Source: Tubulanus polymorphus (Eukaryota > Animalia > Nemertea). Taken from it: a stretch of DNA of 64,000 bases. A program made the translations under genes and the position numbers. Under the pieces are notes generated by a model. The model worked only from the letters and a program-made list of their open reading frames with translations, was not told where the DNA came from and did no database searches. The DNA is taken from NCBI RefSeq assembly GCF_964204645.1, contig NC_134028.1:25602345-25666344 (forward strand). The letters run 5' to 3'. Positions 28,135 through 40,108 of this stretch are shown here, in pieces; within the stretch, counting starts at the first letter, position 1; each line of letters opens with the position of its first letter.

Positions 28135-28626
28135 ATGAACGGCGTGCTTCCAACCACCAAGCTTTCAAAGGCTGTTAAACGCGATGATGATTCGTACGGA
28201 CACATTGCGACGCGTTTCATTAAAAAAGATGAGTTGATTTGCAGCGTTCCGTACAACAAGACGCAGTCGCACGCTACCAAATATTCCGTTCAGATCGGTG
28301 TAAACGAACATTTTGATTGCCCGTCGCCGCTCATGTATACCAATCACGCATGTGTCCCCAGCGCCAGAATCGATTTGAATCGAACGCCGAATAGTCTGGA
28401 CCTCATGGCGACGCGCGACATACCGGTAGGCGACGAAATTACGTTTTGCTACTTGACGACCGAATACAAAATGGCGACGCCGTTTCTTTGCGGCTGCGGC
28501 CACGACGAATGCCACGGAAAGATCCAAGGTTACTACCACGCCAAAAACAAATCGCAATTACCAGACGATCATATTTCTCCGGCCGTTAAAGAATTAGCTC
28601 GAAACATAATTTGCAATGACCAATAA
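28135..28626 (+). CDS. Small SET + post-SET domain protein, paralog 2
   Basis: MYTNHACVPSA, LMATRDIPVGDEITFCY and FLCGCGHDECHG. The ATG follows the acceptor tttttcag|acgtaaaa; TATAAATA at ~27433 and donor gtagga at ~27522. Confidence 0.88.
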   Translation: MNGVLPTTKLSKAVKRDDDSYGHIATRFIKKDELICSVPYNKTQSHATKYSVQIGVNEHFDCPSPLMYTNHACVPSARIDLNRTPNSLDLMATRDIPVGDEITFCYLTTEYKMATPFLCGCGHDECHGKIQGYYHAKNKSQLPDDHISPAVKELARNIICNDQ

Positions 28627-29094
28627 ATGCAAACAGCATATATTGGAAATATTGGTTTAAGATTGAGCGGGTTTGAACACCCAGAATCTGTTCTAAAGGC
28701 GTGTATATATTTACATATAGTTTAACAGGACTCATTAAATCCGTACATATTTACAATGTTACTTTGTGAATAAAAACGTATCTTGTAGAGCGATAATGAT
28801 AGCCTGGAAAATACATGCTGTATATATCATGATCTGAAATAAATGTATCAATATAATATCATCGCTTCGTTTTTCTGGTTTTCATCATTTTACGCAGGGG
28901 ACGCACTGCAAATTTCTCATGAAATCCCAACTTGCTCGTCACATCGGAGGAGAATCACGAATAGATCTATATACATACAATATATAGCTTTTCTTACTTT
29001 TATTTTCATTTATTTGAAACTTAAACCCATGAAAAATATAAGAGAAATCCCACAATAGTTCAGCCAAAGATATAAAGTTCTTGAGTATGAGTAT

Positions 29095-29396
29095 CAGGCG
29101 CGGATCCAGACTATCACATGCAGCATGTGCGGTAGTCGCAGTTTTTACTCAAAAGGGCACTATTCGAAAAGAGACATTATTGTTGCTCTATAAATTTAAT
29201 CGAAAAAGGCCAAATTTCGCCAAAAATCTAAAAAAGGCACAAGCGAATTGAATGTGTAGGCAAATTTATGGCATGATACCAATGAATGCACTCAAACTCA
29301 AACTCACTCGCTGGGCATTAAATACTGGCCCTTTTCAAAGTTGGTGCCCTTTTTTCACTGTGCTGTAGTCACTGTATGGCCCTGGATCCGCGCCTG
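29095..29396. mobile_element. MITE with CAGGCGCGGATCCAG TIRs (degenerate relatives at ~5105-5340, ~8130-8408 and ~23151)
   Basis: Perfect 15-bp TIR caggcgcggatccag...ctggatccgcgcctg; flanks agtat/ggtat resemble a 5-bp TSD. Confidence 0.75.
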
Positions 29397-32300
29397 GGTA
29401 TGTTTAGGGCAACGTTTCGGCTAAACACTATTAGCCACTATCAGACGTTCTGAGTACGGATTAATTTTACAAGATATTCATACAAGAATCAAACACAGAG
29501 ACTGAATGAGCGAGTAGAAAAATTGAAAGGGATGTATTGAAATATAATAACATATGATAATAATATACATAATAACAAAAATACATAAAGATAATACTCT
29601 TTATTTTTTTTGATAATGGTGGAAATATATACGTACATAGGCCTAACAGTAATAAAATAATGAAATATACACTTTTTTACTCAAAAACTTTACATCTTTG
29701 GTGGCTGAATTATTGCGAGATTTATCTCGTATATTCATCTTGCACCGATATTTTTATCTCGATTTAATATAAAAATACATTATAGTATTTTTCCATAGAT
29801 GTTTTAGGTGATTGTCTTGTTTTTTTCCTGATCGATAAATCGATTAGTCTCTGCGAAGTTTGGATCAAGATCAGTCAGAAATAAAAAGAATAATTGTCCC
29901 GGCCCATTCATAAATTTATCATGATAACCGCGCGTGGTCATAGAATTGTTAAACTACATGATCTTTCCCCCTGATCCCTATCATATTCATCAAACAGTTG
30001 ATAATTCTTTTAAGTGTTCGAACACACTTGATGTAGCTTTTCGTAGAAATGAACATTAAATACGTTACAAAAACACTTCAAACGCGTCCTGAATTTAGAC
30101 GACTGTCTGAAATCAACTGTTTCATTGTCTGGTCATTCGATTCTAAAATAGACTTATCAAGAGAAATTATACGTCTGACTTTTTTTCGTCGTCATCTAGA
30201 TATTGATAATTTGCGAATTTTAAGCAGTTCTCTCCCGGTTAAAATATCCATAAAAATACAAATATTATCATTAGATTTCCTTTTCTTAAACTTGATAACA
30301 ATTCTAGAATTTTAAAATATAAAATGTAGTTCAAGAATTTTTTTAATTTTTTTTTTTAATTTCGATATTACACTCTTCGCACTAAAACGTATTCTAAAAT
30401 TGAGGAATTATTTTGAAAGGCACCGCGACTAACCTTTAAAAATCTGATTTATATGTTTCCCTTTTTAAATTTCAATGTGCATATTACACTTGACCCTGTC
30501 TGAAACACAAGACCGAAGTCCATATATTGAGACAAAGTTTATTTTCCAAATATTGTTTCACGTGAAACAGTCATGGAAAACTTATCATTAAAACTTATCT
30601 TTAAAAAGGCGATGGGTGCAGTGCTAAATATTGATATTCAAATGTACATTCGAGATGTTTTTACAACAGTGTATATCCAATATCTAAACGTGTATAAATA
30701 AGTTATATCTATTCTCCCGTATTTGCTATAGTAGATAGACGGTATATGTTCAGTCAAATTTATTTCGCGAAAAATAAGATTATAAAGTCGCACTGGTGCG
30801 TGGAAGTGCTCTTTGTAATAGTGTCTCTAACCGTCCGAACCTTAAACACTCCTTATAACCTCAAAGATTTAAAGAAAACATGTTGTTCGTCACAAGCTTG
30901 ATAGAGTATTCACGTCAACAGGTCTCAAAAAGTAGTGAAGTTGAATAATGTCCGCAGAATTTCGTTCGACTTTGCCAAAGTATTGATATGCCTATAGTGT
31001 TTTGCCATTACATTAATGATAATAGCACTTGTGGCAATACATTCACGACTCGAACATCACGTCTCAGAAGTGTCTATAAATAAGATTGTTTGAATGAAGC
31101 GGAACCGATATTTCCAATTATGTACTTCGATTTAAACAAATGATTCTGTTAATTGGGCTGCCGATCACACAACTATATCTGTACTTGGATTTCCGATTTC
31201 AAAATCAAACCCCCTGTTTTGCTACCGTCGGCACCAAATCGAAACAAATCAAACGAAATCTGCCTATCAAATATGTAACAGGGTCAATCCCTATCTTAAG
31301 ATTAAGACTCAAAATATCTAAGATTGAGCAACGAAATTCCCTAACAATGACGTTTCAGATAGAACGCTTCCATCCATCTTTCTACCCCAAGTTTCAAAAT
31401 GAATGGGTGAAAACGGGTGGCAGCATTTTATCCGAAATGTCAGTGTAAGAACATCTCTTCAATGTTGTAGGTCTTTCTGATGTATATACGACTTTCCAAA
31501 TTATATCAATAGTAATGTAATTGTATGAATTTGTTTTTTATTCTAAAGAAAATGAGAGTTCCAAATGTTGCTAGCATGTATTGTTGAAATCAAAATCACG
31601 CCGCCTCTCTGATAGGATGTCAATTACTGAAAAGAAAGAGAAATCTTTTTTCAACGATTATAGTTTTGGCGCGTGGCTTCAAATCGTTTATCGTGTGTCA
31701 GACACAACCGACTGAATTTCAATTGAATTGTGTTTAGGCAGTCACTAAGCGTTTCTAAGCACCTCGGCGGTTTGACCGGGGCCTTCGCTGCCATGACCGG
31801 TGACTTGCTGGTCTTACATTTCAGCCGTGAAGCAGAACGGACGTGGACAAGCTATCGAGCTGAACGGTCTTCACGCATTCGGGTGAGTAGAAGATTTTTA
31901 TGCCACCACTACTGCTGGGTTCGTATAGAAAAGCCCTCTTCCAGTGAACTCAATATTCGCCATCAACCATGACAATACCTCTCGAATTTCATTAATGAAA
32001 CAATGCTCAAGGCGTAGCTATATTTGCGCAATGTTACGCTTTTCTGGGTGCACTTTTCGAATTGGTGTCACTTACTTACGTACTCGCTCGGTTTTAACGG
32101 TCGTCACGAAGGCGATATGTTCAAATATTTAATTTATTCCGAATTCAATCTTTTTCATCTGTAGACTTTATCATGGATGATGGTATCGACTTTTCGACAT
32201 TTTTTTAAAATCATTTTGAGAATCTAATCGGAAGTCTTTAGATATGTGATTTCAAACAAGTTATTATTCGTTAAACTAAATTCACGCGCGTGTTTAAAAT

Positions 32301-35300
32301 GTTTATATCCAAGTACCAGTTCTATATTTGATTTATATAGTGTGACATATAACTTCTACATATCTATAATTCGTCTTTCCATTTATAATCTACGTTCGAA
32401 TGGAATTTATGTATTACTTAGGACTAGTGTAGAGGTGTACGTATGATACTTAATTATCATGATTTCAGCGGGTGACAATAGGTTAAATTCTGTTCTAACT
32501 TGACCATTCTAATAACTCTGCGTGGAATAGCCGCACTGGATTATATTCATATTGTCCGATGTTACAATACGACATTCAGACATTTTGTTATAATGCATTT
32601 TCTTCAATACAGTTGAAGCATATAGGGGGGCCTGATCTCAGTTCGGCTCTAGACATAACCAAACTAGCGAACAGTATGCCCAGCTAAATCACCATGTCAT
32701 TGGCACAAGCCACAACACGTTATTGAGAAAGTTTTAGTTCCAGAATATTGTTTAAAATCAAAATAAGATTACACGAACAGAAACTAGAAATTGATATCGG
32801 TCCGATTTGATAGTCACCATTAAGCGAATTGTTTCCAATTTCTTCATTAGTAGCTCGCATAGCGTCGTGCATGTTACTATGAGAACTAGCAACATTCCAA
32901 CTATTCTTAAGAGGAAAATGATACAATTACGACAAGTCTTCACAATCGAGTTAGAAATAGCCGAACTATCCTCGAGATGCGCGATGAATGTGGAAATTAA
33001 ACAGATTAATTAATGGCCGGTCAATATTAGGTGTTACCTACTCAAATAAAACCGCCCTCGTCAATAGGCAACGTGTTTACAAATATTGACTTCAATGCTT
33101 TTCTTTTATAGACGATAATTTCATTACACGTTTTCACAATCTGATGTAGTTACACCTTTCCATCAGCAAATACGACTCAGATGTTTCAAGTATGCATTAT
33201 TTCGCTTTGATTCCCGTTTTAAGAGTTATCAAGATAATAGACTCTGAAGATCTTGACTATTTTATGATTGATACACCCAGGGAGGTACCTCATCGATCCA
33301 CAGTTGTTTCTACGCAAATTTTGTCGGCTTAGCCCATGATGTATAATATACATTTTTAGATAATTCGGGTCTATGATCCTGAACCTGAGGTAAGGTGCCA
33401 GTCTAGGTCATAAGTCTGTACGCGTGCACGTGTGACGTCAAGCGTTCCTGCGTGACGTCACGCAGATACGGGCCGCCGCACACTACCTCGTCGGGTCAGA
33501 CGACAGTTCCAACATTCTAAGAAGCATCAGTTCATTGAGGCGGCGTAAACCCTTTAAAATCCTTCATCAATTATGCAAAATGTTCTAATGATGCCTCTAT
33601 CAAGATACGTTAACATAATGTATCTCATAATATGTGAAAACAAGAAATCATTTTCAAATACATCATTGCTATACACGTCAGCGAAGTTTTCATTCTGTTT
33701 AATGATCTATAAGCTTCTTTTTTTTTATTTGAACCAGTTTTTGTCGTATATGTGGCACGCATTATCTGACTATTTCTACTGGAAAAGGAAGTGTTATAAA
33801 TCTTCTGCCGCCCAGGTTTATATGACCTGTATTGATACAGCCTCACGTTTTCAATGAACTTCATTTTTCATTGTCGTACCAGATTGTCATGCGAAGAAAT
33901 TCGTGCAGCCCGAACACTATAGAAATTTGGTGGTAAATCACTTTGCATAGTTTTGCATACATCTTATGCGCCTACAATGCGATGAGCGAAAAAATGGTCT
34001 TTAAAAAGAATTCCGCACAGTTTGGGAAAAAGATTGGCGGAAATTATAGAAATCACCTCAAATAGAGCGAGAAATCGTTTTCAAAAACCTTCGTAATTTT
34101 GTTTCGTTAGTTTTCACACTCGAGCGGAATATTTTTAACTCGAATTTGTTGTTGGGAACGAGTGAGTAGAACCTGTGTTGTAACACACGAATTGAGGAGA
34201 GGGCAATGTGAAAACTTTCCTCTGGGCGAAAATCCTTAAAACGTCAATTATTTCCTGTCTTCTCGTGGATTGCTGTCCAGTCATCTCCGGAATGATTTTC
34301 GATTCTTTAAGACAGCGCGCGATCGAACGCGAAAACTATTTGGTCGTGTCTAAAAAAATCTATTTCCTGGACAATAACTTAAAAAGTGAATTACTCGGAT
34401 AACTTGGGATATGAAAACGTCTCTGAAATGGTTCTGAGGTTATATATCTTATAAGGTTAAGGAAACTAACCTGTATATAAAAGGTACACTCAAACATTAC
34501 TGTAAATGATGAACAGAAAAGTAAAAAAAATTTACGACCAAAATTTACAAGAAAAACAATGGAATAAAACTGAATCTGATGTGACTGTATATAAGTAATT
34601 TCGTACGTTCTCGTACATATATTCAAACATCTTTTACTTGTATGTAAACGTTTCCCTCCTGGCCTAACTGGTCAAACATATATACGTGTATGTTTAGAAA
34701 AATAAATCGTTTTATTCACGTCATTGAGTTAAAATACAGAAATACACATGACAAATTTTGAAAAAAAAAATATTAGGAGACACGTAAAAATATTGTCCTT
34801 GAGATACGACTCGGCGGTTGTTAGGAGCAAAAACGGTAATTAATCCGTACAAACTATTCAATTAGACAATTAATTAACATGGCGCGTCTGTAGTTCCGAG
34901 GTGCTGTCTGAGATTGATGACACGTTAGAACAATTAAACTCTCATTCTGGCTCTGCTAATTACTGTTGATTAATCGATAATTAGGATACTTGTTATTTGG
35001 CATCAGTACTCAGTAGATCTCAATGCGCTTCGTCCAATAATAGTTTTTCAAACATGCCCTAGGGCCACTCGGGGCCAAGCTGTTCTTAGGGACTCAGTCA
35101 ATAAAATATTATTGGTTTGTGACGCGACACAAGACGATCTTCCGTTTTTCTCTTCGCCAATCGAGGATTATAAAAACGACCTTCGGGTAAGAACCGGTTT
35201 TCTATAGAAAAATGATTAAGTGTATAGAATTAGGCATTGCCATAGCTTAAAGGGAAGGATATTTGCATGTGAATAGGAAATCGCATTCGTCAACTTTATA

Positions 35301-37443
35301 CAGCAATTCATAACATCTAAAACTGAGAATCGTATATAGATTTATTGGCTAGTAAGGGACCTAGAAATCTCTAAATCTCGCTATGCGTTATAATATATTA
35401 TGACAAATACAGGTTCGAACTTGGTGAAGAAATACGAACTTTCTAATTGGATAAATTATTTCGGCGGGCAGCGGGTTAACCTTTCACCCCTTTGAGTCAC
35501 CGTATGGGCGGGGCTTGTCTGTCGGAATGTCGCAAACTTTTCCGATCAGTGCGTCTCAATAGTGTCACCTGTGTTTCGTTCTGTCTTTCCAGTAGAAAAG
35601 TTCGTGCTTGGTTAACCACGTATTGGAGATATAGTACCACTTGCCAGGGTGTGTGAAGTCAACCTGAACCTAAACCATGGAAGGTACGTTAACATTCTTT
35701 TCATCACGAAATTACCAAAGCCAGCGAACGGGACGCTTTTTATCGAAACCAGTTTTTGGCAAATGAATTCGTAATGCAATACCCTGAAATGTAAATGTTA
35801 TGTAATTCTTAAAATCAGCCAACTTGTGTTGCGAGCGCCTCGTGAGTTGTGAATTTGTCATGTTTGCTGCCACTACCCGAGTCTTCGACGTTAGTTTTTC
35901 AAATCGAATTAGGTTTCAATTTATCGTGAATGGGTTCACTTTAACGAGCATTCTTACTATTTCAATACGCTTTAACAGTTATAGATTCCAATAGCGTTAG
36001 ACTAATAAGAGATCTGAATCTCGGATAGAAGATTTGAAACCAATAGATATTGAAAACTATGAACAGTTTCATCAATGATAGCGGGGGGGTTTTAGGCTTT
36101 TATCATTGATGCATTCAACCGTATGGACGTAGTTACTTTGCTTTTGCATGTCCCGGGGAGAGTATCATTGTTTTCTACTGGTCACTCACTACTGAATGCA
36201 ACTCTGGCACCAGTCACACTTCAGTCCCGGTGAATGGAGTTTAACCATCCGCCAGACTAGAACTTCAGCAACTCAAATGTATCATATTTGTGGTGGCTGT
36301 TTACAAATCTAGCAACCTGTTGACAATCCAGATTAGTTTATTCGCACAAGTAAGCCCGGTCATTTGTCAACTGTTTCAATGAAAACGGTTGGTGAAATAT
36401 CGATAATTTCAGTGGCGATTTTTAAAAATGTTTTCAATTGAAAACGATTTCCAAAATTTCCAGTGAAAAGCTCGAAATCGAATTCAAGATTTATTCATTA
36501 TGATATAACTATAGTTGAAGAGAATGAACTCAGTTTTAATGCCTTTAGGCTCATACTCCGCTACTGTTGAGTTGAGAGAGAGAGAGCGAGATGTTCGTAT
36601 TGTGGTTATGTGGTGGTCAAATTTCCTGTCCTGGTCTCACTTATTACTGACCATTGTTATCTGAAACCCATTTATTATAGTCTCAAATTGCATATTTTGA
36701 TAACATCGGCTCCGAACAGGACGAGCACCATAGAAACGGCAGTTTAAATTGTACAATGACTTTCGGACTTGTCGTCATTTTAAGGATATCGAATTATCCG
36801 ACCTAAATGTCCAAATGTGACAGTATTCGATTCTGTCAATTCAATTTAATCATTCAATGTCGGCCCAAAAGACTATATTCAAAACACTACGGAGTCGCAC
36901 CCATAGCATAAACACACATCACATAGACACATTCAAAAACATAGTTTTGATAAAATATTTCACCAAATGCTTATACAAATAAGATTTGGAAATTACTTCG
37001 AAAACAGAAGCGTCGACATAATTCAGTCGTTCGAATATCGTGTATATGATAATATAGTCTTAACGAGACATAGAATTAATGAGTATTACGTGTATATATA
37101 TGTGTATAGGCATGCAGCCTGTCGTGTTGTGATACCAAATAGTAAAATAGCATTACGTGACGTAAGATAATCGCTCCGAGAGATAATATCACCTTTTGTC
37201 GGGTAATTACACTCGGAGTCAACTGCTATTGTGACAGAATACGTTAATTTCTACACCCATCTTCGATAATTCGTGCCCATTGTCATGTAAACCCCGATAG
37301 TAAAGCCCGGAGACTGGAATTTGGTCGACATTTATTGATACCGATCCATTTGGGGCAGACGCTCGTTGTCGGTCGCAAGCGACATAGCTGGATATAGTTA
37401 GAGATTTCACTTGGGAATTTTCATTCAAATTGTTTCCGCGAAC

Positions 37444-39510
37444 ATGGGAATGTCAGGTAGGCTACGCATAAAGACTTAATTTTCAAAAATTCGTGGTCAT
37501 TCGCCATCCTGCAACGCTTATGCAAACGCGAGGTGGTCCTATTCTGGTAGAAATTGCCTTCGAGGAAAAGAACACAGTTCAACTTCAGAATATAAAAAAG
37601 CGACCTTGAAAATGGCTAGTTTCTGAGTAGTTAAGGAGGTTATGTTATGGTTCACGCTCCTCCGAGCATATCCGTCCTAATTTATACTTGTACTATTTCC
37701 GTCTTGCTCGATTAATCTCCAATTGTCCTTTTAATTTTTTACTTCACGAACTCGCAACAAAAAAACAAGCTTTTACCGTATTTTCAGAGCGGAACGCGAC
37801 TTACTATACGCATCGCTTCTTCACCATAGAGCCACGCGTATAACCGGGGAACCCCGGGCCCATTTGTCTTGTCCACTGGACCAGTTCACCGAATTGTTGC
37901 TTTTGGGTTTTCAAGATTAATTGACCGATGCATAGAACCCGTTAGAAAAGATTCGCTTGACCACTATCCGTTGTAGGAGCCATTCTCTACCGCTTTAAGG
38001 AAGCCACATTTGCTTGACTTAACACATCGACAATACGACAATATATAAATCACTTTCACCTTAGAACCCCTTTCACTCGGTAATGTAAGCCGATAATCAT
38101 GAATTCTACTAAATTTTTGAAGTCAATTGCAGCGTTAAATAGTTGCTTAGAAGTCCCAATAGTATCAGAAATTGAAATATTAACGCACATTTATGAAAAA
38201 ATTCAATGACATGATTCATTTTGACTACAAAAATACGGTTTTTACTGATGGATAAAGATTTCGCCTGGAAACATATCGCTAGTCAACACACACGTCATGT
38301 AGATGCATGGCTGTGACCCAAAATATGAAATTTTCTGACTAGGAACTTCTTTATGGTGAACATCATGTGTCAACGAAGACTATGGGACCAAAAGGTAGTA
38401 AAATTGCTGGTTTGACAATAGTTGACAATGAGCCGCCTCGTATGACTGTAATCCAAGTTCCCATTCAGCCGTCTTGTATATTCCTTGGCATGGAATGCAG
38501 GTCACACAAGGTAGCCATTTTACCACGGAGCTATAAATCAAAATGTTCGCCCGAACAATAAAACCGCGTTCCCAAAAGAAATGAAAGAAAACTCGCAGAA
38601 AACTTCTGACGGCTTTGGGAACTTCCAAATATCACGGGAAGATAAACTTTCGAATTAGAATTCGCTGGGTTTATTAAAAACGTTACATCAACTCTGTTGA
38701 ATAATAGTCGAAACAAATTTAATTATCACGTGTTTAAATATTTATTCTAATTCAAAGAATAACGCATGGTTTTGAACGTAACCACCTCGTATCTAGGCTA
38801 GTGCCTCTGGGCTTCGAAGGCACCTGTAGCTATGTATCCCCAAATATTACATTGAAACACAAGCGAACCTTCTGAATCGATGTAAATTGGAAACTATTTA
38901 ATGAATGGGAACTATGAGAATTCTATTGACGGTCTCTGAGGGTATTGTAAGTCTTCTTAGAGTCGGACTACAATGGACCAACGGCGGATTCGTGCTATAT
39001 GCCTAACTGTGTACCAGTATCTATACCTTACTCAGTGTTGAGCCTATGGGGGCAAGTTTTGTGTGTGTCTAATGTGGCTTTTATGAAGTGCTAAACTGTA
39101 TCAGTCATTTGTGGGAAATGAAGGACTCTAAAACCTAGAGACCATTGTCTATTAGGAAGTGCCCTGTCGTACATCATTCACTTCCATCTACAGCCTGTCC
39201 ACAATCTCCATCCAGCAGTTACGAGATTCTTAAATCAGGTTTTAGTTTGATAGAATATACGTGGATGATCTATATTGATATCAACAATAACAAAAGTGGA
39301 ATAATTCAATCCGATGAGCATTCTGTTTGACGTCAAAAGCGCAAATAAAAGATGCAAAATAATGATTTTATTGCATCATGTATTTTTTTCATTTCAGACG
39401 ATGTTCCTACAGATTTGAGCGTATCCGGAGTACAGCATCATCACCAGTTACACGACCCAGATCAAATGCAACACCATCATCACCACCAGCAGCAGCAGCA
39501 GCAGCACCAT

Positions 39511-39546
<36 letters not shown>

Positions 39547-40108
39547 GACGAGCTGCATCAACACCACATCCAACATCACCATCAACATGTACTCGAGTAT
39601 CAACAGTCCTCGTTACAGGAAACCCAGGAACAGGTGGAAAATCATCAGACTGATATGACGTCATCTTCGACGTCACCTGTTCCGATAAGTCTGATGAAAG
39701 TGAATGATAACATTGAAGATGTCACTGTTGACATGCAACGACGTTTGACACCACCGATGAATGTGGCAATGGCATCGATGCCTGTTAGTTCTCCAGATGT
39801 AACAGCGGTTGTCACTCCTGTCACCATCCAGATGCCCACATCGAGCCCACCGCTGGCAGCCCACATGACCCCTGCATCGACTCCAGTCACGCCTATCAGC
39901 GCGCATCATCAAGCCATGTCAATGGCTAGCCCGATGGCCGCTCTAACCCCGATGACGCCCGTGTCCAGTCAACAGACCATGCAACAAATGCAACAAATGC
40001 AACACAACGGAGGATATTCAATGTCATCGCATGTGGTCCAAATGACGTCACAAGTACCCCAAATACAGATGCATATGGTGTCCGAACAGCCAATGAATCG
40101 AAGAAAAG
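37444..40108 (+). CDS. Candidate Pax2/5/8 N-terminus A: micro-exon 37444-37456 (MGMS) plus a 711-nt exon 39398-40108 (PTDLS motif, polyQ/His, S/T/P/M-rich)
   Basis: Strong acceptor tttttttcatttcag, an open 237-codon exon, and a phase-1 donor AAAG|gtaggc that joins the paired exon as ...[14 protein letters not shown]. The micro-exon and the link to Pax are inferred from phase. Confidence 0.65.
39487..39546 (+). repeat. Coding (CAG)n polyglutamine tracts
   Basis: Two CAG runs separated by CAC CAT CAA. Confidence 0.9.

Noticed and set aside
29400-37400. Many 60-100 aa ORFs here and in the Pax introns
   Set aside because: No domain-like sequence or consistent splice chain; ordinary AT-rich non-coding DNA around a developmental gene.
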